A stretch of DNA of 64,000 nucleotides from Guillardia theta CCMP2712 (taxonomy: Eukaryota > Protista > Cryptophyta): positions 50,701 to 114,700 of the forward strand of contig NW_005434513.1 in NCBI RefSeq assembly GCF_000315625.1, read 5' to 3'. Below, in pieces: positions 13,325-25,000 of this stretch. The position numbers were made by a program, and so were the translations under genes. The notes beneath the pieces are model-generated. The model saw only the letters and a program-made list of their open reading frames with translations, was not told the origin of the DNA and made no database searches. Position 1 is the stretch's first letter. Each line of letters opens with the position of its first letter.

Positions 13325-13745
13325 TGAATATTCCTGTCCTCCTCCATTCCTCGAGTTCTCCATCCTCTCACTTCTACTTCAGTCCTGCCTCCCTCCTTCC
13401 CTCCTTCCCTCCTCCCTTCAACACAGACCTCCTGACCCCCCTCCCTCATACACAGACCCTTCCTCCCCTCCTCTTCCAATGACCCCCTCCGTCTTCCCCT
13501 CCCATTCCCCACTCGACTCCGCGACTCGACCTCCTTCTTCCTCCCGGGGGCCCTGATGCCGACCCTCTCTCCGACCGTCGGACCTCGGACCCCTCCCCGC
13601 CCTCCTTCCCGACTCCCTCCCCGAACCCTGAGTCTCCCCGACGACCCGGACCGCTGGCCTGACGCTGGCGAGGATGTACGGGAAGGGCCGGTCGGCGATC
13701 AGCCGGCTACTGAGGCAGGAGATACGAATGAGCAAGGGAGAGAGG
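13325..13745 (+). pseudogene. Internally deleted third copy of the HTH gene
   Basis: Matches 14400-14820, then jumps to CTGGCGAGGATGTACGGGAAGGGCCGGTCGGCGATCAGCCGG (compare 15038-15080). Confidence 0.75.
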
Positions 13746-14584
13746 GAGGAGGGCGGGCAGGGCGGGTGATACAAGGCTTGGACCATCGTCGTGACCCAGG
13801 ACCCGTGGTGGAGAGCCAGTGGGAGAAACACGGGTCTGGTGATGATGGGCGACGGGACGAGACGAGCGTGCGAGGGAGAAGAAGGGATTGTGTACTAGCC
13901 ATTACTGTGTCATGTCACGGTTCACAACGGTTTTACAAGGACAGACTTTAAAACGTTTTAGGACATGCGTCTACTTGGCGGTTGATTATTATCAATCTTC
14001 CGAAGAAGCGTGAGCCCTGACAAGGGTCAGACCCCCGATACCCCCAATGATGCAAGAGACATGAGGGGGTGGTTGGAAATCGTAGGGCCGCGGCCGTTGA
14101 ACGGTTGTCAGCAGCATACGTGGTGCTGTGGAACACCGTCAGCCTGGAAGTAAACCCCTTCCTTCCGCATCAGCCTCGAATCTTCAGGCCTCCCCCACAG
14201 TTGTCATGCTGCGCTTGTCAGGAGGGCTTGCACCCCTTGGCGCACCTCCGGGAGAGGTCAGGCTAGGGTCCGATCAGGCTAGGGTCCGATCAGTTGCTGG
14301 ATTGTGTGGTAAAGTTGATGTCCGGGAACACGAACGTAACTTGATGACAAGTCAATCTCTACCCATTGTAGCATGAGGAAAAAAAACCGGGATCAGTGGT
14401 AAATATTCCTGTCCTCCTCAATTCCTCGAGTTGTCCATCCTCCTACTTCTACTTCAGTCCTGCCCACCTATCCATCCTTGGCTCCTCCCTTCAACACAGA
14501 CCTCCTGACCCTCCTCCCACTGCGTCCTGTCTCCCCTCCTCCGTCCTCACTCATCCACAGACCCTCCCTCCCCTACTCCTTCCA

Positions 14585-15211
14585 ATGACCCCCTCCGTCT
14601 TCTCCCTCCCCATCCCCTTCCTTTCCCCCCTCGACCTCCTCCCCCCTCCCCCTGACGCCGACACCCTCTCCGACCTCGGCTCCCTCCCCGCCCTCCTTCC
14701 CGACTTCTTCCTCCCGCCCCCCTCCCTCCCCGACTTCCTTCCTGTAGGCTATCCCCTCTTCCTCCCTCCCCCCGACGGCTCCCTGAGTCTCCCCGACCAC
14801 TGCTGGCCTGACGCTGACGCTGGCCTACCTCCGGCCTCGCCTTGGTCGCCGCCTTGCGAGGCTGGGCAGGAGGCTCTGCCTGCGAGCTCCCGCTGGACCC
14901 TCCACGCCCGCATCCAGCACAGCGCCCTCTGCACGGGCAAGAAGCGCCTCACCTCTCAGCAGAAGACCGACATCGTCAGGCTCTACTACTCCTCCGGGGA
15001 GACGTCCAAGCGCCGGCGGGCGGTCCAGCAGTGGGACCTGGCGAGGCTGTACGGGAAGAGCCGGTCGGCGATCAGCCGGCTGCTGAGGCCGGGGAGCGCG
15101 GAGAGGCTGGTGAGGAGGCAAGTAGAGGCGGGGGCGGAGGGGCTACAAGACACACTGGAGCAGATACGAAGGACGATGGAAGAGCTCGAAGGAGGAACGC
15201 GTGATCATTGA
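14585..15211 (+). CDS. Small protein with a CENP-B-N/psq-like helix-turn-helix and a Pro-rich N-terminus
   Basis: GKKRLTSQQKTDIVRLY...VQQWDLARLYGKSRSAISRLLR matches the KRLT..QK..I...LA..YG.SRSAISR.L pattern of CENP-B/pogo-type DNA-binding HTHs. No DDE domain follows. The ATG at 14585 is conserved in the other copies. Confidence 0.65.
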   Translation: MTPSVFSLPIPFLSPLDLLPPPPDADTLSDLGSLPALLPDFFLPPPSLPDFLPVGYPLFLPPPDGSLSLPDHCWPDADAGLPPASPWSPPCEAGQEALPASSRWTLHARIQHSALCTGKKRLTSQQKTDIVRLYYSSGETSKRRRAVQQWDLARLYGKSRSAISRLLRPGSAERLVRRQVEAGAEGLQDTLEQIRRTMEELEGGTRDH

Positions 15212-16279
15212 GTTGGGGATAAGACTGGGCGACTGTTTGTGAGGATTGTTTCACGCTTTCATTGGTTGAGGTTGCTGATGATTGTGCACTCGAGCCGCCG
15301 ACGATCTTGCTGGACGCTTGTCAAGAAGTCAGAGAGGACGACCTCGTCTTGACTGCATCATATGGTGGATGATACGATGTGTGTGTTGTGTACCTGAGGT
15401 AAGGGGGCTATCCTTGGCTCCCTGCTGTCTCGTGTACCACTGCGATGTTGGTCCGAGATCTCCACGTTGGTTTTTATTACAACGTCCTGAAACAGAGATT
15501 GCTTGGATTGAACCCCTCATGTGCTGATCAGGGATGTTGAAACATTCGACGATACCGTATCTCCTCACGTGAAAGGAGGGCCATTGTTTTGATTTCCATG
15601 GCCTCAGCCCTCCTTGTTCTCGGAGGTTGTTGTCAGAGTGATTGTGTTCGATTCGTTTGTTTTGTCTTTTTTCCACGCTCCATGGGATGAAAGACTAGGT
15701 AGAGGGTGGCTCGACACTTGATCTCTAGTGAAGCACGCCAACTTCATTCAAAACTTTCACTTTGCAGTGAATTACTTCAACACGAAACTTTCTTTCTTTT
15801 CGTGAAAAATACAGGCACGTCAATCGGCTTGTGAAATCTCGGTGAGGGGTTTTGACTTTTTTTTCATGACGGGTGGTGCCACACGGATGGTCGCGGGGTG
15901 GCATTTCTTGTTCTTTGAAGAGGGGGTGGTTTTACAGATGATTGTAGGGGTAGAAAAAGTTCAGGGGGTGGGTATTGTTGTATCATGTGGGGTAGTGGAT
16001 CGGGGTGGCAGGGTAGTGCTTGAGGGGAAGAGTCGGGATGCAGAGGCAAGAGGAGAAGAGGAGATGAAGGAGAGAGACGGAGAGACGGAGGAGAGTAGCC
16101 TGAAGTGAGGAGGAGAGCGAGCTAGAGTCCGAGGAGGGCGCGAGGAGAGTAGAAAGGTACCAAGGAGGGTGGATGGAGGGTAGAAAGTTTTGAGAGGAAA
16201 GTGCACTGCAGATAGAAGCAGGTGACGGAGAGAGGACAAGTGATGAGATAGGTAGGAGAGAAGCTCAAGAGCTTGTCAG

Positions 16280-19008
16280 ATGGGAACGATGTTGCATGCG
16301 AGCTCGACAGCTTTTGCCGCATTTTTCTTGTGCATGGTGGTACAAGTTCAGGCTGTCAGTGTCCGAGTATCCCAGCAGCCGGGTAGAGCCGTCGCACTGC
16401 TCGCCATGCTCGACCAGGTCCGTGCTCCACGTCTCCTACCCCCACGCTGATGGCATGAGCAGCCGCAAGTGCTGGTGTCAGATGTCGCGTCAGGTGGCCT
16501 GGTGACGGTAAAGGTAGAAGAGGTATCAAGAGTACCCCTGGGAGGCAAACCGTCGTACATCACGTCAGGAGGGTTGGTCAAGTTCACCGACCTCTCAGTC
16601 CGTCAAAGTCAAAATTGCACCTTGCGCTTCTTTGTAGACGGGACGCCAGCAGAAGCGCTGTCGTCAAGCTTCTTTGTTGATGTGATTGCAATTGTTTGGA
16701 TGCTTGTAAGAAACATGAAAGTTTGATCTAGAAACCGGTTGCTAGCATCTATCAGCAATTCCTCGTGACCTCCTGGACCGCTGTAAGTCAACGACGATCT
16801 CATTCTTACTTCCTCTCTGAGCCGTTGCTGTGACTGCAGGGTCAATATTTGAACCCAGCGCCAAAGGCATTTCTCAGAAACAGTGACAACAACACACTGG
16901 TCAACGCTAGGTGATGCCTAGAAGGTAGTCTTGTAAGCAGGAGTAGTTGAGATCGGTGCCTGCAGGGTTCCAGTGTTTGCCACGTTGTTGGATGAACAAC
17001 AACGTGTTCAGGTTTCCTTTCCTTCACTTTGCTGTTTTTCCTGCTTGACTTGCCTCTGCAGAAATTTCAAGTCGAGAAATCACCACGGTCATGCTGTCAG
17101 CAAACAGATTGTTCTTTCTTATATCCGTATGGAAGCAGCATTGCTGTCCATGTTGATATCTTGACTTGTTGTGAAGGTTTTCAGTTGAGTCAAACTCGTC
17201 TTGCTGCGCTTGCAGTACAACCACATGGTGAAGACACTAACTTCCATGATGTTATGTGTGACATGTGGCTGAACATCATTTGGATGTGATTGACATGTGA
17301 CTGGATATGATGTTGTTGCATGTGTCGAGTGGCTGATGAACTTGTGTTCTCTTTATTCTTATCGTGGATGAGTGAGATTTGCTCTCAGTACGGCATGTAC
17401 GATGCCATCGGGCGGGTACGCGGAATTTCTGAATGCAACAGTTACCAAGTGAGGAGGTCCAATCATTATCAAGATACTAACTTCGAGTAGGGCTGGACGA
17501 TACTCGCTCAGTGTCAAGGTCCTCGAGTACGACGTGTCGGTAAGGAGACTGAAGTCAGAGATGTCAAACTTGACCGCGAGCCCTGCGACCTTAGCAAATC
17601 GAGTTCAACAGCATCAGTGTTCAGTTTGACATCTTGCCGGTAGTTTGCGATGTTGACAGAGATGGAGCAGAGAATAACTTTGACACAAGGGATCCGCTAC
17701 CAACCTGATGCTCCTTGAACCCCTCGTGACAAGTTACATCGATGGGCTGCAGTCAAGAGGTGGTCGTGTCGTGTCACCATAGACTTTTAATACGTTCCCA
17801 GCTCTCTCCCCAGCTCCTGTCATCCAGTTCAGTGACCAGTATGGCAACCCAACGGTCCTGTCCGACACAAGTCTGCCGGCAGTGACGGTAAGGAGGAGGA
17901 GGAGGAGGGTACAACGTTGTTCGAGTTGTAGTTGACGGGGAGAGCAGGTGTCTGCGGTGTTGTGCGTTGACGGGTCAGACGCAGCAGCTCGAGCAAGTTC
18001 AGCCTGCCTCTGCAACAACACGGTCTGACCCGCTCCTGTTGACTTTCCTGTCTCACCTGCTGCTGTTGACTTTCCTGTCTCACCTGCTGCTGTTGACTTT
18101 CCTGTCTCACCTGCTGCTGTTGACTTTCCTGTCTCACCTGCTGCTGTTGACTTTCCTGTCTCACCTGCTGCTGTTGACTTTCTGACGCATCTTATCATCA
18201 TCTTTTTCTCACCTTCTTATCAGGCTTGCCTCTCGTCTCAGTTCCAGAGCTCTCAGCCCTTCGGTGAAGCTTGTCGTCTGATGTTGTTGTGTGTAATGAG
18301 ATGGGAAGGGCTCGAGGGCAAGACAACCTCGGTCTTCGCCGGCAACACGGCAAAGTTCACAGACCTGCGAGTGACAGTGGCAAGGCAAGACTTGTTCCTC
18401 GCGTTTAAGCAGGTCAAGTTTGATTTGTTGATGTGACTTTCCTGTTCGTCTTGTTTCGTTCGTTTTCTCTCGTTGTGATGCGATAATTCAGTACGATTTG
18501 TTTGCTTGTCGTTCTTGATAGTCCGACCCCTCGTGTTCTCAATCTCTTACACCTGCCACTCTTTCGCCCCTCCTCTCTCCATCCTCTGCTGCCAGTCTTG
18601 CTTGTCCAGCTCTCCTCCTCCTCCTCCACGTCTTCTTCCCCTTAACCTTGGTTTTCATGACAATGTCACAGACTGTTCTCACATTGAGTTCGGACTTCAT
18701 TCTCTCCACGAAGTTCATTGTCAGTCCAGGGTCCTTGTCCAGGTAAGCCTTCTACATCTTCTACTTCGTGTACTACTACTTCTTCTTCTACCTCTTCTAC
18801 CTCTTCTACCTCTTCTACCTCTACTCAGTCTAAATTCACTTCTTCTCCTCCACCACCTCCCTCTTTTCTAACTTTCTGTGTCTTATGACTTACACCTTTG
18901 CGTGTAGTCTGGAGTTGGTACGAGATCCAGGTGATTTGCATTCCCCTGAGGAGCTACTGCAACAGCTGCAGCAGCTGCTGCTGTTGTTGTTGTTGTTGTT
19001 GTTGTTGT

Positions 19009-19066
<58 letters not shown>

Positions 19067-22000
19067 GGTGGTGGTGGTGTTTGTGGTGGTGGTAGTAGAG
19101 ATGATGATGTCCCTGGTCATGATGGAGGGACTGCTACTGAGCTCACTGCAGGTCTCATCAGCAACTGCCTCCGATGTCCTGTGGCGGTCAACGTTGCCGA
19201 CCAGCCGCTTGTTGCGACTGTTCGTCTTCTCGATCGCTTCCTCAACCTCATTTCCTTCTGCTCCTCCATCGCCTGCTTCGGCCTCTCCTCCTCCCCCATC
19301 GACGTCTCCCTCCTCCAGGCGCAGGCCAGCACCCCGCAGAGTCTCAGCAGGGGAACCACCAGCCAGGCAACAGCTGGACTTATAGACTTCACGGACTTGT
19401 TCGTGACAGGAGCAGGAGGAGGGTATCAGCTTCGCTTCTCCGTTCCAGGGAAGAACATCTCTGTCCTCTCCTCCTCCTTCTCCGTCGTCAACGGTGCCCC
19501 CAGGAGCTTCTTCGTCCTCAACGCCTCCTCAGTCATCGCCGACTCCAACTTCCTCCCCCTCCAGCCCACCATCCAAATCTCCGACGCGCGCGGCAACCGC
19601 GTCTCCTCCGACTGCTACACGAGCTGCTCCACCAAGGCAAAGTGTGACCCCCTTGCTCCTCAGGACTGCCCGGTGGAGGCAAAGGTTGCTCTCTCCTCCT
19701 CCTCCTCCTCCTCCTCCTCCTCCTCCTCCTATATCTTTGGGGCTCAGACGCTCTCGCTCGTCACTGGCACGGCGACGTTCACCGATCTTGCCATCTTCGC
19801 TCTTCCTCCCTCCCAGGACGCGTGCAAGTGTCTCAACGGGCTCGCGCAGCAGTTCGAAGCTTGTCCCGCCTGCTTGGATGTCGCGTGTTCCCTTCCCGCT
19901 CCCTTCCCCTTCTACCAGCTCAACTTCTCCTCCTCCACTGGAGACCCAACGGTTCGCAGCGCAACATGGAACGTAACGATGCAGCGGAAGGCGTCGAGGA
20001 TGTTCATCAGGAATCCACCGCCGTCAGTCGTGGCGCTCGAGCCGTTCGTGTCCCCGTTTGTCATCGAGTTTCACGACTGCAGCGGTCAAATCTCGACTTT
20101 GACCCGCGGACAAGTCACAGCTCGCATCAAAGACAACGCGGGTGGGGGACGTTTGACGTCTGCCTCCGGCTTGACAGCTCAGTCGAAAGATGTGAGGATT
20201 GAACATCTCTTCCTCCTCCTCTCCTCTCGCTTCTTACCTCCTTCCTCGCCATGCTCCCTCACCTTCTCTCCCTCCCTCTCCTGCCCTGCACCCCACCATC
20301 CCCTCGTCCCCTACTGTCGTGTTCCTCTCCCTCTCCCTTCTCAGCTTGCTCACCCTCCCTTCCTCCCCTCCCCTCCTCTCCTCTCCTCTCCTCTCCTCTC
20401 CTCTCCTCTCCTCTCCTCTCCTCTCCTCTCCTCTCCTCTCCTCTCCTCTCCTCTCCTCTCCTCTCACCTCGTCTCGTCTCGTCTCTTCTTATCTCGTTTC
20501 ACCTTAGGGAATCGCCGAGTTCACAGATCTCAGCATCGATCTCTTTGCCAACGGCTACACCCTCGCCTTCACCTTCAACAGCATCTTCTCGCTTCCTGAC
20601 ATCGTCTCTCCGGTCTCCGCTCCCTTCTTTCTCCTTTCTTTATCCTCCTCCTCCTCCCCCTCCTCCTCCCCCTCTTCCTCTNNNNNNNNNNNNNNNNNNN
20701 NNNNNNNNNNNNNNNNNNNNNNNNNNNNNNNNNNNNNNNNNNNNNNNNNNNNNNNNNNNNNNNNNNNNNNNNNNNNNNNNNCTCAGTCATCGCCGACTCC
20801 AACTTCCTCCCCCTCCAGCCCACCATCCAAATCTCCGACGCGCGCGGCAACCGCGTCTCCTCCGACTGCTACACCTCCTCCTCCTCCTCCTCCTCCTCTC
20901 CTCCTCCTCCTCCTCCTCCTCCTCCTCCTCCCTCCTCCTCCTCCTCCTCCTCCTCCTCCTCCTCCTCCTCCTCCTCCTCCTCCTCCTCCCTGTCTTCCTT
21001 CCTTCTCGTTCCCTTGTTCTCCTTCCCCTTCCTTTCTCCTCCTTCCCTTCTCCGCTCACCTTCTCTTCTCTCTTCCTGCTTCTCTTCCCTTTCCCTTTCT
21101 TACGTCTTCTCCTTCCCTCATTCACCTTCAGGCGTTCTCAGTCAAGAAACCCGTCAGAGCGCTGGTCATCGCCCAACAGCCTGTGGCCGTCCAAGGTCAA
21201 ACTCTCGAATTTGACTCCTTCGCTCCTACTGCCTCCCAATTTTCTCCTCGTATCATGAACTTTCAAGTTCCCTTCTTACATCGCCTCTTCCATGACTCGC
21301 CTCTCCTCCTACTCTCCTCTCCTCCTCTGTTCTCCTCTTTCCCCTTCTACTCTCTCCTCATCTCCTCCATCTCATCTCTGTGACTTGATCGTCGCCTCAG
21401 CCGGTCTTCCTCTCAAAGCTGCCAAGATCAACTGCAACGATGAGGATGGAAATCTCGTTGACCTCTCGCGTATCGCCGTCGATGCAAAGATTGAGCTGAA
21501 CCCAGCCAACCTGCAGGTGCGATCTCATCCTGCTCCATCTCATGCTCCATCTCCTGCTCCATCTCCTGCTCCATCTCATGCTCAATCTCCTGCTCCATCT
21601 CCTGCTCCTCCTTCTGGTCCTCCTGCTTGTCCGCCTGCTCCTCCTCTAGCTCCTCCAGCTCCTACTCCTTCTTGCTTCTCCTTCTCTACCACCATCCCTT
21701 CCACAAGCAACTCCGTTTTCTATTGCTACATCTATTGTCTGGTCCTTCGCTCAGTGCCTTCCTCCTCCCTTATTCGTCTCCTCCTCCTCCTACTACTACT
21801 ACTTCTCCTCCTCCTTCTTCTCCTCCTGCTTCTCCTCCTGCTTCTCCTCCTGCTTCTCCTCCTGCTTCTCCTCCTGCTTCTCATTCATCTTCTCCTTCTC
21901 TGTTTCTCTTTCTCCTCAACGACATTGCAGGAGCACGACCCGGGTCAGTCGGACCTCACAGGAACGTTGCAAGAGAGAGCTAATGGCGGGGTTGCGACTT

Positions 22001-25000
22001 TCAACAACCTCATACTGAACAAGGTAAGCGAGAGAGGACGAGGAGGAGGACGAGGAACAGGAGGAGGGAGGACGAGGACGAGGACGAGGACATGTTAAGG
22101 ATCTATGGTGGATGAGTGGTGGGGGGAAGGACGAGGATGGAGAGGACGGGGAAGCAGAGGATTGAGACAAGGAGGAGAAGGAGGAGGAGATGGAAGGCAA
22201 TAATAAAGAGAAGAATGAGCTGGAGGGAGAATGAAGGGGAGGGAGGAGGAGCAGGAGGAGGAGGGAGGAGGAGCAGAAGGAGGGAGGAGGAGGGAGGAGG
22301 AGGGAGGAGGAGGAGGAGGAGACTTACCAGGGTTTGCAGGCATCGCTGGGTCAGAATTTGACTCTTGTAGACTTCAAGATTTCATTTCAAGCTGCCGGAG
22401 CTTCAGTCTCCTCCCTTGCCTTCCAAGTGCTCCCAGGACCTTGGACCAAACTCTTCCTCCCCAAATTCGGACAGGTCCTCCCCCTCCTCCTCTTCCTCCC
22501 TCCTTCGTGATCATCCTCCTCCACCACTACCATCTCCTCCTCGTTCTCCTGTTTGTCCTCCTCCTGATCCTCCTGCTCCTCCTCCCTACCTTCGTTCCCT
22601 CCCCACGCTCTTGCTTCAGTTGTTTCACCTCCGCGTCTTCATTTCCTCCATCTTGTTCGTAGTCTTCCTCCCACATCTTGTCATTCTGGCTCAGCTCTGC
22701 TCTCTTTCTCTTCCTTCTCCTCGTCTCGTCTCTGCCCTGCTTGTTCCTTATGCAAGTTTTACAGCCCATCGGAGGAGAAGCGGGAAAAGTTTTAGTCCGG
22801 CAGGTGACCGCAGCACACAAAGAGGGGAGGTGGAAGGAGGGAGGAGATGGTGGCGGTAGAAGAAGGAGGAGGAAGAGGAGGAAAAGTTGTGGAAGCGAGA
22901 GATTGGAGGGAAAAAAGGAGGGGAAGAGGCGATAGGAAGGAGCGCAGGAGCGTTGGAAGAGAGGATGGGAGAACGCGAGGAAACGTAGAGAGGGAGGAGG
23001 AGGAAGAAGTAGAGGAGGAGGAGAAGAAGGAGGAGATGGAGGAGGAAGTGAAAGACTTGTGACTTTGGTGTTAGCCTATGGTTTATCTCGTGGATCAGTG
23101 GAACAACCGAGTCTGCGATGGCGCTTCTCTCGCTTGCCCAGCCAACGCGTCCGATGGGCTGCTGGTGTTTGTGACCCTTCAGGCGCCTGCTGCCGTGCAG
23201 GAAGCGAATTCATCGGTGAGGAGACTTAAGAGGAGAGGAGAGGAGAGGAGAGGAGAGGAGAGGAGAGGAGAGGAGAGGAGAGGAGAGGAGAGGAGAGGAG
23301 AGGAGAGGAGAGGAGAGGAGAGGAGAGGAGAGGAGAGGAGAAGAGAGGAGAGAGAGTTTAGGGGAGGGGAGGGAAGAGGACCAGAGCGGAAGGAAGGGAA
23401 TGGAAGGGGATGGGAGAGAGGACGAGAGAGGAGGAGAGGAAGAAGAGTGAAGTGTAAAAGTTGATTGATCGGTGTCTTTGTCTTTGACTTTTTTTTTTGC
23501 AGCTTCTGCTTCAAGACAGCTGCGACCTAATCTGCGAGGGTCTGCGACCCATCAAATGTAGGAGTTGTCAATATCACAACGCGACCGTTAAAGCTGGTAA
23601 GTCCTCGTGTTGTTGTCAAACTCTCTGTCGTTTATATCCTTGCATTCATTTCTCCTCCCTTCTCTTCCCAGCTTCCTCTACCTTCCTCTGTCCCTTTACC
23701 TCTGCCTCCTCTATCCCACCTGCTAGCCTCTCCCTCGTCTCGTCTCTTGTTCTTCTCGTTCTTGTCCCTCTCCCTCTCCCTCTCCCTCTCCCTCTTCCTC
23801 TTCCTCTTCCTCTTCCTCTCACCTGCCCTACCTCCTCTCACCTTCCCTCCAGGCATCGCCAGCTTCACGGATCTTCGCATCGATCGAGCATGCGACGCAG
23901 CTTGCGGCGGCTTCTCCTTCACCTTTCAGGCGCAATCAGTGGCGGCCACTAGCGACATCTTCTTCATACGCAACTCAGCTCCAGACTATCCCGTCATGTT
24001 GACTACCATGGCAGTTGACAACCCTGCAGACCAGGCCCTCCTTGTTCAGCCTCAGGTCACAGTCAGAGATCGTTTCGGAAACGCAGTAGCGCAAGACATC
24101 ATACCCAACAGGTCAAGTCCAACTCCTCCTTGCTCCCCCTTCCTCTTTGTACTTTCTCTCCCTTTGACCACCACTCTCTCGTCCGTCCTTGTCAATTTTG
24201 TTTTCTCCCCTCCCCTTTCCCTCCCCCTCCCCCTTCCCCCTTCCTCAACTCATCGCAGGACCGTCACAGCAACGCTCATCTCTAAGACCAGCATTCCCTC
24301 CTCTGGCACTCGCTGCGGCTTCTCCTTCACCTCCCTCGACGGCTCCTCCTCCATCCCCGTCAACGAGCAGGGCATCGGCGTCTTCACGGACCTGGCGATC
24401 AGGACGGCAGGAGCTGGGTTCAAGCTGGATTTTGCCTTCACGTCCTCCAAGGGTCTCATCCTTGTGAGTTCTTCGGACTTCAACGTGGTTCCAGGGCAGA
24501 CAGTCTCCCTCTGCTCTCTTGCCTCCCCCTCCGGCTGCTCCTCCAGAGCTGCCTGCTCCTTCTTCTCTCGTATCGCCTGCGTCGACCAGTACGGCAACGT
24601 CAACCAGCAGTGCCAGTCGGGGGTGGGTAAGACCGCGCTTATCGCCCCACCACAGGACAGGATTGACTACCAGTACCTCGACTGCGGGGCAGGAATATGC
24701 GTCAAGCTCGTTGCTCCCTCCTCCACCTCTCTCTCCCTCGCTCGCACGTGGACGAACTTCGTCGATTGCTCGCAGCGTCGGTGTGAAGAAGAGCCAGTAG
24801 CGGGAGTAGCTACTTTCACTCAGTTGTACTTCAAAGTGCCTTCGGCGCAGTACAAACTTCGCTTTTACATGTACCGAGTGAACGAGTTTCTTCAGAAGGT
24901 ATGATAATTATGATGATCATAATCATGATCATGATGATAGTGGTGGTGGTGGTGGTGGTGATGGTGATGATGATGATGATGATGATTTTTCATGGAAACG

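Larger units (their letters stand above)
11900..15626. repeat. Large inverted duplication (arms ~11900-13035 and ~14490-15626) of an HTH gene and its downstream flank
   Basis: 11900-12435 is essentially the exact reverse complement of 15091-15626 (ORFs 11999..12244- and 15282..15527+ are identical). 12781-12970 mirrors 14560-14748. The left arm is bounded and interrupted by N gaps. Confidence 0.85.

Noticed and set aside
20782-20872. Exon duplication of 19528-19618 within the giant gene
   Set aside because: It directly abuts an N gap and a (CCT)n tract, so it is most likely an assembly artefact.
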